Source: a candidate division FCPU426 bacterium (lineage in GTDB: Bacteria > Oederibacteriota > PGYV01 > Palsa-1178). From it: a DNA stretch of 64,000 bases. Location of the stretch: positions 352,001 to 416,000 of the forward strand of contig CAWIXE010000002.1 in the NCBI GenBank assembly GCA_963840035.1, read 5' to 3'. Both the position numbers and the translations under genes were made by a program. Numbering within the stretch: the stretch's first letter is position 1; each line of letters starts with the position of its first letter. Positions 19,752-29,377 of the stretch are shown piece after piece. Under the pieces are notes generated by a model. That model was not told where the DNA came from and did not search any database. It saw nothing but the letters and a program-made list of their open reading frames with translations.

Positions 19752-20975
19752 ATGAAAATTAAAAACCAGGAATTAACAGTATGCCTGCTTTTTTTGTATG
19801 CTGTATCATGCATAGCTTCAATTACAATCGGCGAGATATTTTTTATTGCGGCGCTAATATCATGGGTTTACGGCGCGGTTGCGCGTAAGTCCGGTTTTGG
19901 CGGGTTTTTTACCTCCCCGCTGGCTTTTCCAATGGGCGTATTTGCGTTGTTACACCTGGTGTCGGCTGTTTTTGGAGTGGACGCCATAAATGGCATTAAG
20001 GATTTCAGGAAAATTTACCTGCTGCTCATGTTCTTCCTTGCAATGAACGCGATTGCCTCTGAGGAAGGAATAAAAAAATGCGCCGGCCTGTTCTCGGCAG
20101 GCAGCGGGCTTATAGGGCTGTATGCGATAACAAATACGGTAATTCACCGGTATTTAAATCATGAACAAAACTTCAGGGCTTCCTCGTTTTCAGGGACATA
20201 CATGATGGCCGGAGGAATGCTCATGATGGGCGTAATTGTCACGGCGGGCATCCTGGCGTACCTTTTCATTAATGAAAGGAAAAAAATGGGCCTGATCGCT
20301 ATTTTTTCAGCCATGTTTGTACTTGCTGCGGGCGGGCTTATATTTACATTCACGCGGGGTTCGTGGATAGCGGCATTTGCCGGTATTGTAATAATAGCCG
20401 CTGTTGCCGATAAAAGGATTGTGGCAGTATTTATCATCGCGCTCTTTGCGGCCGGGTTCCTTGCGAGGGATACTGATGTCGCCAAACGCGTTTTAAATAC
20501 CTTCCAGATGAAAGGCAGGACCTCGGAAATGGAGCGGGTACACATGTGGAAGGCTGGGTTGAATATAATTAAGGACCATCCGGTCATAGGTATCGGCACC
20601 GGAAACCTTGAAAAGGTTTACCCGAAATACAGGATGCCTGAAGCTGTTGAATCAAACGCGGGGCATCTGCATAACAATCTTATACAGGTGGCTGTAATCG
20701 ACGGCCTGCCCGGGCTTGCCGCGTACCTTTGGATATTCGCCGCTTTCTGGATAAGCCTTTACAAAGCTTTTCAAAAAGAGGATAATAAATTATTAAAGTC
20801 GGCTATTATTACGGGTTTTTCCGTAAATATAGCCTTCTTTTTGAACGGCTTTTTTGAATATAACCTGTTTTCATCGCAGGTTGCCCTGATTTTCTGGTTC
20901 CTGATGGGCATAACTTACGCTGCTATAAGGATGAAGAGGGTTGAGAAGGCAGAAAAACCAGAAAAGGCAGTTTGA
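19752..20975 (+). CDS. O-antigen ligase (WaaL/Wzy_C)-like membrane protein
   Basis: Many TM segments; TFTRGSW, R..MWKAG...HPVIGIG, HLHNNLIQ...GLPGL. Confidence 0.85.
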   Translation: MKIKNQELTVCLLFLYAVSCIASITIGEIFFIAALISWVYGAVARKSGFGGFFTSPLAFPMGVFALLHLVSAVFGVDAINGIKDFRKIYLLLMFFLAMNAIASEEGIKKCAGLFSAGSGLIGLYAITNTVIHRYLNHEQNFRASSFSGTYMMAGGMLMMGVIVTAGILAYLFINERKKMGLIAIFSAMFVLAAGGLIFTFTRGSWIAAFAGIVIIAAVADKRIVAVFIIALFAAGFLARDTDVAKRVLNTFQMKGRTSEMERVHMWKAGLNIIKDHPVIGIGTGNLEKVYPKYRMPEAVESNAGHLHNNLIQVAVIDGLPGLAAYLWIFAAFWISLYKAFQKEDNKLLKSAIITGFSVNIAFFLNGFFEYNLFSSQVALIFWFLMGITYAAIRMKRVEKAEKPEKAV

Positions 20976-21050
20976 AGCTTTAAGTTTTAAGATGACTGAG
21001 GGTTTTGTATATCTTAAAACTTCAAACTAAAAACTAAAAACTAAAAACTG
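20968..21050. repeat. Inverted heptamer-array hairpin, (AAGTTTT)n ... (AAAACTA)n
   Basis: 3-4 and 5-6 heptamers in inverted orientation around a ~17-nt spacer. Confidence 0.75.
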
Positions 21051-21075
21051 GACATCTCGGTTTTCAAAGGCATAT

Positions 21076-22175
21076 ATGAAAAAAGTGGACCTATCCCAGG
21101 TAAAGAGGGTACTTATAATCAGGCACAAAGCCATTGGTGATATTATACTTGTCACTCCCTTTATCAGGGCCATTAAAAAAGCCCTCCCGGACGCTGAAAT
21201 TGACATGCTGGTGGAGCCCATGGGAATAGAAATACTTAAGGGCAATCCGTACCTTGCCAATGTCGTTGTTTACGAAAAAAACAGATTGAAAAAAGCCAAT
21301 CCTTTTGTGAAAATAGTAGAAACAGTGCGTTTTTATATGAAGCTGTTTGGGCGCAGATATGACCTTGTATTTGACCTCTGGGGCAACCTGCGGACAGCCC
21401 TTATGAGTTTTTTGACAGGCGCGAAATACAGGGTGGGATTTCATTTCCGCATCAGGAAATACCTGTATAACATTATAGTTGTCCCGGACGAGCCCCCGAA
21501 ATACAACGCATATTTTCACATGGACCAGCTTAAGGCCCTTGGGATACCGGATGACGGCGAGAAAGCGGATTTTTACATTTTTCCCGGAGATATTGCTTTC
21601 GCTGATGATTTCTACAGGGGCATCGGAGTAAAGGCGGGGGACACGGTATTCGGTTTAAACGGCGCGGGCACATGGAAGACAAAGCGCTGGCCGGAGCATA
21701 AATTCGCGGAACTCGCGGATATTCTCATTAAAAAACACAGCGGGTGTAAAATAGTCATCATATGGGGGCCGTCAGAAAAACCAATGGCCGAAAAGATATA
21801 CTCCATGATTAAAGGAGACAGGTCCGGGGTGTTTTTAACTCCGCCGACTACCTTAAAACAGCTGGGAGCGGTTCAGAAAAGGATGGATGCGTTTATTTCA
21901 AATGACGGGCGCCCAACCACCTGGCAATCGCGCTTGACGTCCCTTCGGTTACGGTTTTTGGGCCGACAAATTACATATCCTGGGTGCCTGCCGGCAATAA
22001 ACGGCACCTGGAAGTTCACAGCGCGCTTGCCTGCGCGCCGTGCGATAAGATGCAGTGCCCCACGGAAACCGAATGCATGGAAGGTATCATGCCGGATGCA
22101 GTCTTTGACAGGGTCGGGCAATTACTGGAAAACATAAAATATGCTAAAATTCCGACTAAAAAAACGGAGGTGTAA
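21076..22175 (+). CDS. GT9 heptosyltransferase-like glycosyltransferase; -1 frameshift at ~21908
   Basis: LIIRHKAIGDIIL, KRWPEHKFAELA. Adding one G at GGG 21907-09 restores NDGAPNHLAIAL...FGPT and the C-terminal CAPC...CME. Confidence 0.85.
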
Positions 22176-22176
22176 C

Positions 22177-22839
22177 ATGGTTGAAGTTGACATTGACAAG
22201 ATGCTCGCGAAAACTGAGGAGAAGGAAAAAAAGGAAAAGCAAAAGAAAGCGATCGTACTGTATTCCGCCATTGCCGCCGCTGTTGTCATAGCGGGTGCCA
22301 TAGCTTTTATCGCCACGGGAATAGTAATAGGCGACAAATCGGAAAGTTATTTCCCGCTGGAGCCGGGCAGGAAAATGATCTATAACCAGAAGGGCAAGAG
22401 CCCGGAAGAGTGGCAGATACAGGAAAAGTCTGAGAATGTTTACGGGTATGAATGTTCTGTTATGAATAAAATAGACAAAGGCAACCTGCTTTTAAAGCAG
22501 GAGTTTTATACTGTGGATGATAAACAGGGCATTGCCAGGCTCGCGTATTCTGAGAATTACGGCCAGAAAGTAAAAGATGTATTTAAAATACTGCCGTACA
22601 GGGTAAAGTCAGGCATGTCTTTTGACGCGGGTACAATAAAGGGCAATGTGATCAAGGCTGTCGTGCTTGATAAGGAAATAATGTCAACCCCGGTAGGCGA
22701 GATTGACGCATACAGGGTTGAATATAAGGCGCCGCCGTATTATGATACGACGGTATGGTATGCCAAAGGGGTCGGCGTTGTAAGGGAGATCAATAACAGG
22801 ACAGCAGAAGAAATAAGCCTGATCAGCGCCGGGGAATGA
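22177..22839 (+). CDS. Membrane-anchored hypothetical protein
   Basis: GGAGG RBS; one TM helix; YFPL..G, TPVGEIDAYRV and WYAKGVGVVRE motifs of an uncharacterised beta-rich family. Confidence 0.7.
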   Translation: MVEVDIDKMLAKTEEKEKKEKQKKAIVLYSAIAAAVVIAGAIAFIATGIVIGDKSESYFPLEPGRKMIYNQKGKSPEEWQIQEKSENVYGYECSVMNKIDKGNLLLKQEFYTVDDKQGIARLAYSENYGQKVKDVFKILPYRVKSGMSFDAGTIKGNVIKAVVLDKEIMSTPVGEIDAYRVEYKAPPYYDTTVWYAKGVGVVREINNRTAEEISLISAGE

Positions 22840-22963
22840 CAACCCGTTTAAAAGAGGGATGGATGGAAAATGTAAGGCGGGAAAAAGGAACCAGAGGATA
22901 TTTCGTCAGGCAGACCGCATGTTGCGGTGCGTGCCTTTATGCCATGTCACGGAAAAAAACCTA

Positions 22964-25900
22964 ATGAAAAAAATCCGCCGGTCACTCACTTTATCCTTTA
23001 TTGCGGTTATTTATACGATTATACTGCCGCTGTTATACGCGGAACCGGCAGTTGTTCCTGCAGTGACCGCGGAAGCCACCGCCGGTGTTACAGCCAATAC
23101 GACTCCGGCAGTGACCGCGGAAGCCACCGCCGGTGTAACAGCCAATACGCCTCCGGCAGTGACCGCGGAAGCCACCGCCGGTGTAACAGCCAATACGCCT
23201 CCGGCAGTGACCGCGGAAGCCACCGCCGGCGTAACAGCCAATACGCCTCCGGCAGTGACCGTACCTGTAATTGCCAACATGGTTGCGGTTGAAAAAGGGC
23301 CGGAAAACCTCAAGGCGCAGGTGTTTGGCATGAGGGTTAACCTGACATGGGAGCCGGTCCCAAAATCCGATTCGGCTGTAACATACACCATATACAGGGC
23401 AACCGGGCCGGACGAGGATTTTATCAGGGTTAATAAGGATGACATAATCACGAACGCTTTTGTCGACTCAAAGGAAACCAGCATCATTTCCTTGATGAGC
23501 GGGATTACTTATTTTTATAAAGTGGCTGCCATAATAAACGGAAGGGAATCCGCGGATTCGAACCTGGCTTCAGCCATACCCGAAGGAATTCTGGCGCCGC
23601 CGGATGAGGTCACGGCTGTTTCGAAAGTGTCCGCTATATTGTTAAAATGGGCTGAGCCTGAATCCTCAGGAAAGCTTGGCCTGTCCGGGTTTAATATTTT
23701 CCGGGCAACGGAAGGCGTCATGGAGAGGATAAATCAGGCCGTAGTAAACGCTTTTGAGTATCCGGACAACAATCTTACCAACGGTGTTAAATATTATTAT
23801 TCGGTCCAGTCCGTGGATTCCGCCGGAAATACTTCTGAGATGTCTTCGCCTGTCTTCGCGATGCCGTTTTCCATAATATCGGAACCGGCAAACGTTTCTT
23901 TTACCGCAGCTTCGTCCGAATCAATAAGGGTCATGTGGGAATCGCCGTCAAACCAGGGGACTTTCGGGATTGCCGGTTACAACATATACAGAAGCACGGT
24001 GCCGGGATATTTTCCCGATAAGCCTTTAAACATAAAACTTTGGAAGGAAATAAAAGGCGAGGATGGCAGGGTTTTTTATCACGACAATGTGGTAAACAGC
24101 GAGAATCCGCCGGCGCCGGGTTTTAATTATTTTTACAAAGTTACCGCTATGGACTCGGCAGGCAACACTGGCGCGTCGAGCGCGGTTGCGTCATTTACCA
24201 TTCCCGTGCTTGAAATTAAACAGTCAGGCACCCTTTCGCAGGACATATCAGAATACGGGCTGCCGCCTGATTCCAGGCTGACACTGGCAGGAAAAAAATC
24301 ACTGGGTATGAGCTATGAATACTTCTGGTATAACAATCCGGAAAACAAGTCGGCCCCCGGGAAATTTGATATCACCCAGAAGCTGAAACTAAAACTCAAC
24401 GGCAACATCGGCAAAAGGATAAATGTTGACGTCAACTATGACGAAGAACTTGCCATGCAGACGGATGAATACACCAAAATAGCCATAAGCTATGCGGGCG
24501 AAAAGGAAGAGGCCCTTCAGGAAGTTTCTTTCGGAGACATGTCCCTGGATTTCCCGGCCACCAGGTATGTCAGTTATTCGCAGACGCTCTTTGGCATAAA
24601 GGGAAAAGTTAAGATCGGTGACAAACTGTCGATCACTGGGATCGGCGCGCAGATAAAAGGCATAACTGAAATCCAGAGTTTTAAGGGAAACATGCGCGAA
24701 AAGGAAGTAAATGGCAAGCGCGGGGTGGATATTTCAGACGTGTCATACAGCCCAAGGGTCTATTATTATATAACAAAGGAACCCGGCGTCAGGATAAGGC
24801 CGGGTTCACTTGTGATATACACGGATGACCAGAATGCCAATACTTTTGACGGGAATACCGTAAAAATGCCGAATAACGGGGGCGATTTTGACCCGAAATA
24901 TTCAGGTATTGATTATATCGTTGATTATGAGGAACGTGTCGTGAAATTCAATATAGCAATCTCCTCAAGCACTGTGATTGCCGCCGGATACATCCAGGAA
25001 GACGGCACTTACGTCGGGTTAAACCCCGACGGGTCATTTGATTTTGTAAACGGCCTTACTTCCGAGTCGCGTGGCTATACAAATTCTTCGGCGCACCTTC
25101 TGCAAAATGGCGTAAGCGCGAGCAATAATCTTGGGGATTTGTCCCACATGGTAGTCAGCTATTATTATATGAGTGATCCGCTTATATACAACCCGAAGCT
25201 TGACCCTGATTTTGTCATCAGGATAGAATCCATTGACGGGTCGAAAATAATCAACATACTCCGGCCGCAGGACCCCGGCGTGGAAGACCAGTATGAAATT
25301 GACACGGACTTCGGAATACTGAAATTCAAGAGCCCGTTCCCGTTTGCCGCCGGACAGCCCGTGGTAACACCGCCTTATTACAACACAAACGGCAATGAGG
25401 CGGATTGTTATAACGTCCTGGACGCGAACAGGCGTTCCAATTACAGGATACATCTGGAATATAAATACTATGTTTCGTCATATAGGCTTGACCATTCGCC
25501 GGTTGTTTTCGGGAGTGAAAGGGTTGAACTAAACGGCGCAATCCTGAAAAAAGATGTGGATTATTTTATCGCGTATGAGACTGGCGATATAAGTTTTTCG
25601 GAGAACAGGAAGAAAGAAATTACATCAAGCTCTGATGTGCGCATTATTTATGAATATTTCCCGTATATGCAGTCCTTTTCATCGAACTTAATAGGCGGAA
25701 GGGTAGATTACCAGCTGCTTGACAACCTCAAGCTGGGTTTAACAGGGTTATATAAGGCTGTGAATGCCGGCTCAACCCTGCCTGACGCGCGTTCCACCGA
25801 GACTTCGCTTGCCACACCGTATAGTTCCATGGTCTTTGACGGGGACATAAAGTTCAATGTAAACAAGGAAACTATGAGCGCTATCATTAATTCGCTTCCC

Positions 25901-28900
25901 GGCATAGACAATGCCCTTGTGCCGGTGGATTACAGCCTCGACGCTGAAATGGCTTACAGCAACTATAACATAAATGTGTTTGACAGGCTTCTGCGCAATG
26001 GCAAGACGGAAAAAGGCGTCGCCATGATAGATTCCATGGAAGGCGCGGACAATGAGTTCTCGGCGTCCATGTCAAAGAACATGTGGTTCCCGGCAAGCCC
26101 ATCTTACGGGATAATACCCACTTCTACAAACAGGGTTTATTTTTCAAGAAAAGACATTACCGAGAAAAGCCATGAATATCAGACAGGGCAGGACGTCTTA
26201 AGCACGGATACCGTAAATATGCTTCAGTTTGATTTTTCCGGGGCAAGCGCGATTAACCAGGATAAATGGGAAGCCTTCAGGTATGTGCTTTCGCAGAACG
26301 GGGAGAGTTTAAAGCAATATAATTACATAGATATGTGGGTTTACGTAAAAGTAAGCCAGCCGGTGAACATGTTCCTCGACATGGGAATAATAAGCGAGGA
26401 TTCGAACGGCTCGGGTAAATTTGACTATAACATTAAGAACAGCAACGGCACAATTACACTCAATGAAAGCGAAGATTATGACCAGAACGGAAGGCTTGCT
26501 TACGCGGATGAGGATTCTGGCATCAGCAACGGGATATACCCGCCCAACCCGGAGTACTGGGGCAAAGGAAATACCGTCCTGGATACCGAGGACATGAATA
26601 ACAACGGCAGGCTTGATAATGTGGAGGCATATTATCAGTATACGCACGTAAACGACAAGCATAAAGCCATGACCCTGACAGGGAACGGGACGTGGGTAAA
26701 TATAAAGATTCCGCTTAAAGATTTTACGGGTGTGGTGGGCAGCGTGGAGGGAAATCCTGCGGCGGCAAACTTCATGTCCAACATAAAGCAGCTGCGCTTA
26801 AGTTTCAGGGGAGCCACTCCGTCCATGTCAAGCGGCACAATAAAGGTGGAATCAATAAAGTTTGTGGGGAATTCATGGCAGCTGCAGTACCTGACAAATA
26901 CCACGGACATGGCGGGGAACGTGATAAACGCGCCTGATACAAATAAATTCAACCTGGTTACCATAAACAGGAACGTGGATAAATCATATGTCCCGAATAC
27001 TGACTTCTTCGATTACCAGGCGGAGACGGACAAGGATTTTGAAGAGGCCCTTGACGCAAAATTCACCATATCAAACCTTGACCAAAATGCAGCGGGCCAG
27101 CCCATATACTACGCCACAAAATCTCTTAACAATACCGGTTCGGGATATGATTACCACGATTATAAATACGTAAAAATGGACATTTTCTATAAAAAATGGG
27201 ACCCGGGAGCCGGCCCGGGAAAGACGTTCTTTATAAGGCTGGGAAGCGGGCCTGACCCCGAGCATAATTATTACCAGTATAACCAGATACTCGGCCAGGA
27301 ATTGAATAACGGCGGCTGGCATACGCTTGTATTTGCCATAGACGGAAGCGACGACAAGCGCAGCCCGGCGCTTGATACGCCGAACCTTCGCTCGGTTCAG
27401 TATATCACCATAGGCTATTTAAACCCCAACAGCATTGAGGCTGATGAGGAAATATACGTAAATAATATTAGGTTGACCGACCCGGCCCAGAAGACGGGCG
27501 GCGCAAGGTACATCAGCCACTCACTGAATTACACGGGATTTGCCAATGTGACACATACATATGAGGAAAGGGATTCTGATTTTTATACGCTTGCGGACGC
27601 CGGCAGGTCGGATATAAAACAGCATAACAGGACAAACAGGGTCGATGTTAATTATAACCAGCTGCCGTTCCTGTCGGAGACCAACAGTTACTCCAAAACG
27701 GAATTGTTTACGGATGAAAAATACGCGCACGACCCGACTTATACCAAGAATGACACTTTAAGCAACACGTTTGTCGAGGCATACAACAATAATACGGGTT
27801 TTAACCTCATACCTGACCTGCCGATTTCATTTAACGCGTCTGTTGAAAATGCCAATTATGTGTATGGGGGCGCGAACGCGTACCTTGCGAACAAGAGGAA
27901 TAAACTGACTTTAAGGCCGAGTTTTACATACAGGGCGCCGCAGGACCTTTTTTCCGTGATACCGCTTGGTTCAAATAATTTTGAGGGAAGCATAACATGG
28001 GAAAATTTAAAAACGGAATATTACAACGGTCAAAGCAGCGGTTATTATAATAACTGGAGGACGGACAGAAAGCAGGACTATAAATGGACCGGGAGCTATA
28101 CTTTTGGCTTTTTAACCCTTCAGCCTTCATATCAGCAGAGGCTTTTTGAGGCCCTGGGGAACCAGTCGGCGCAGTTTGTTTATTATAAGGACATCCTTAA
28201 GGCGGATGATTTTTTCTATGACAGAGATTACCTGGTACTGACCAGGGAAATACTGCCGGTATTGAACATTAATACCGGGGATCTCTGGATATTCAACCCT
28301 ACGGCCGGTTTTTCCAGCAGGTTCTTTACGGACTATACCCAGAGCGTTTTAAACACCACGGGCGGGCTGTGGGCTCAGACCGCGGTAAAATTCAGCTCGC
28401 TTTTGCCTTTCATCCCTGATATTACCAGTTACAGGGTATCGGTGGATACCACCAGCCAGTATAATGATTACGCGTACCCGGGGTCGTTTAAAAGTTTTGA
28501 GGGGATGCCTTTTGAGCGCAAATGGAATGCCTTCATGTGGCGTTATCTTTACAGCGAAGATGAGGTCCGCCGGATTGAAAGTCTTGCGCAGAACGGCACT
28601 TTTGTTTTAAACCACGGGCTGCAGTTCTCGGAGATAAACTTTTTTGGCGTAACGGGATTCCAGCCGGGAGGGTCATACTCGCTTAACAGGACATTTTCAA
28701 GCCGAGGCGCTGTAAGGTCGTTTTCCGAGGTGTATGCGCTTTCGGCCAACAATTTCCATATAGAAAATGTCACCATCCCGCTGCCGTTCATATCTGATTT
28801 TGTTACCAAGGAAAGAATTACCGCGAATTATTATTACAGGCGTACCGTGACCAGGGATTCAAACAAGACGGTTACAAATGACAGCATAGAAAACACTCTC

Positions 28901-29356
28901 GACAACATAGCGCTGACTTACAAGAATCAGGACGGGTTAAACGGCGTGCTTGCGGTTACCCTAAACTGGAAAAATACCCTTGCGGGAAAAGTCCGTTCCT
29001 GGAACAATACGGTTACCCCGAGGTTTACCATGGGCTATAATTACCGCCAGTCAAACCCGTTTACAATCCCGGGATGGGTGCCGTTTGTAGGCGATAAAAC
29101 GATAAAATTTGAACAGGTAATCAATTTTAACCTTAACCTTAACGCCAGCTATACAAGGGGCGGGGACGACAGCGGCAGGCAGACCCTGCCAGTGGATGTC
29201 AATTATTATAACGCCGTACTCTCGGCCAGTTACAATGTGCTTCAGAACCTGAAAGTTATAACGGATTTAAGCTATTCGCAGAGGGATGACAATCTTCTGC
29301 CCATTAATTCACAGAAGTCGCTGCGGTTCGGCGTCAACGGCGAGATAGAGTTCTAA
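22964..29356 (+). CDS. SprA/Sov-like giant outer-membrane barrel with N-terminal FN3 domains
   Basis: Signal peptide at ATG 22964; three FN3-like domains; SprA-like motifs DITQKLKLKLNGNIGKRINVDVNYD, GSERVELNG..L....DY.I.YETG.I, DMGIISED, LDTEDMNNNGRLD, W..IKIPL..F; ends GEIEF. Confidence 0.7.
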   Translation: MKKIRRSLTLSFIAVIYTIILPLLYAEPAVVPAVTAEATAGVTANTTPAVTAEATAGVTANTPPAVTAEATAGVTANTPPAVTAEATAGVTANTPPAVTVPVIANMVAVEKGPENLKAQVFGMRVNLTWEPVPKSDSAVTYTIYRATGPDEDFIRVNKDDIITNAFVDSKETSIISLMSGITYFYKVAAIINGRESADSNLASAIPEGILAPPDEVTAVSKVSAILLKWAEPESSGKLGLSGFNIFRATEGVMERINQAVVNAFEYPDNNLTNGVKYYYSVQSVDSAGNTSEMSSPVFAMPFSIISEPANVSFTAASSESIRVMWESPSNQGTFGIAGYNIYRSTVPGYFPDKPLNIKLWKEIKGEDGRVFYHDNVVNSENPPAPGFNYFYKVTAMDSAGNTGASSAVASFTIPVLEIKQSGTLSQDISEYGLPPDSRLTLAGKKSLGMSYEYFWYNNPENKSAPGKFDITQKLKLKLNGNIGKRINVDVNYDEELAMQTDEYTKIAISYAGEKEEALQEVSFGDMSLDFPATRYVSYSQTLFGIKGKVKIGDKLSITGIGAQIKGITEIQSFKGNMREKEVNGKRGVDISDVSYSPRVYYYITKEPGVRIRPGSLVIYTDDQNANTFDGNTVKMPNNGGDFDPKYSGIDYIVDYEERVVKFNIAISSSTVIAAGYIQEDGTYVGLNPDGSFDFVNGLTSESRGYTNSSAHLLQNGVSASNNLGDLSHMVVSYYYMSDPLIYNPKLDPDFVIRIESIDGSKIINILRPQDPGVEDQYEIDTDFGILKFKSPFPFAAGQPVVTPPYYNTNGNEADCYNVLDANRRSNYRIHLEYKYYVSSYRLDHSPVVFGSERVELNGAILKKDVDYFIAYETGDISFSENRKKEITSSSDVRIIYEYFPYMQSFSSNLIGGRVDYQLLDNLKLGLTGLYKAVNAGSTLPDARSTETSLATPYSSMVFDGDIKFNVNKETMSAIINSLPGIDNALVPVDYSLDAEMAYSNYNINVFDRLLRNGKTEKGVAMIDSMEGADNEFSASMSKNMWFPASPSYGIIPTSTNRVYFSRKDITEKSHEYQTGQDVLSTDTVNMLQFDFSGASAINQDKWEAFRYVLSQNGESLKQYNYIDMWVYVKVSQPVNMFLDMGIISEDSNGSGKFDYNIKNSNGTITLNESEDYDQNGRLAYADEDSGISNGIYPPNPEYWGKGNTVLDTEDMNNNGRLDNVEAYYQYTHVNDKHKAMTLTGNGTWVNIKIPLKDFTGVVGSVEGNPAAANFMSNIKQLRLSFRGATPSMSSGTIKVESIKFVGNSWQLQYLTNTTDMAGNVINAPDTNKFNLVTINRNVDKSYVPNTDFFDYQAETDKDFEEALDAKFTISNLDQNAAGQPIYYATKSLNNTGSGYDYHDYKYVKMDIFYKKWDPGAGPGKTFFIRLGSGPDPEHNYYQYNQILGQELNNGGWHTLVFAIDGSDDKRSPALDTPNLRSVQYITIGYLNPNSIEADEEIYVNNIRLTDPAQKTGGARYISHSLNYTGFANVTHTYEERDSDFYTLADAGRSDIKQHNRTNRVDVNYNQLPFLSETNSYSKTELFTDEKYAHDPTYTKNDTLSNTFVEAYNNNTGFNLIPDLPISFNASVENANYVYGGANAYLANKRNKLTLRPSFTYRAPQDLFSVIPLGSNNFEGSITWENLKTEYYNGQSSGYYNNWRTDRKQDYKWTGSYTFGFLTLQPSYQQRLFEALGNQSAQFVYYKDILKADDFFYDRDYLVLTREILPVLNINTGDLWIFNPTAGFSSRFFTDYTQSVLNTTGGLWAQTAVKFSSLLPFIPDITSYRVSVDTTSQYNDYAYPGSFKSFEGMPFERKWNAFMWRYLYSEDEVRRIESLAQNGTFVLNHGLQFSEINFFGVTGFQPGGSYSLNRTFSSRGAVRSFSEVYALSANNFHIENVTIPLPFISDFVTKERITANYYYRRTVTRDSNKTVTNDSIENTLDNIALTYKNQDGLNGVLAVTLNWKNTLAGKVRSWNNTVTPRFTMGYNYRQSNPFTIPGWVPFVGDKTIKFEQVINFNLNLNASYTRGGDDSGRQTLPVDVNYYNAVLSASYNVLQNLKVITDLSYSQRDDNLLPINSQKSLRFGVNGEIEF
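23057..23260 (+). repeat. 48-bp coding tandem repeat (PAVTAEATAGVTANT[T/P]) x4 plus a partial copy
   Basis: Near-identical nucleotide copies directly after the signal peptide. Confidence 0.9.
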
Positions 29357-29377
29357 GAATAACTGGAGGGTTTTATT

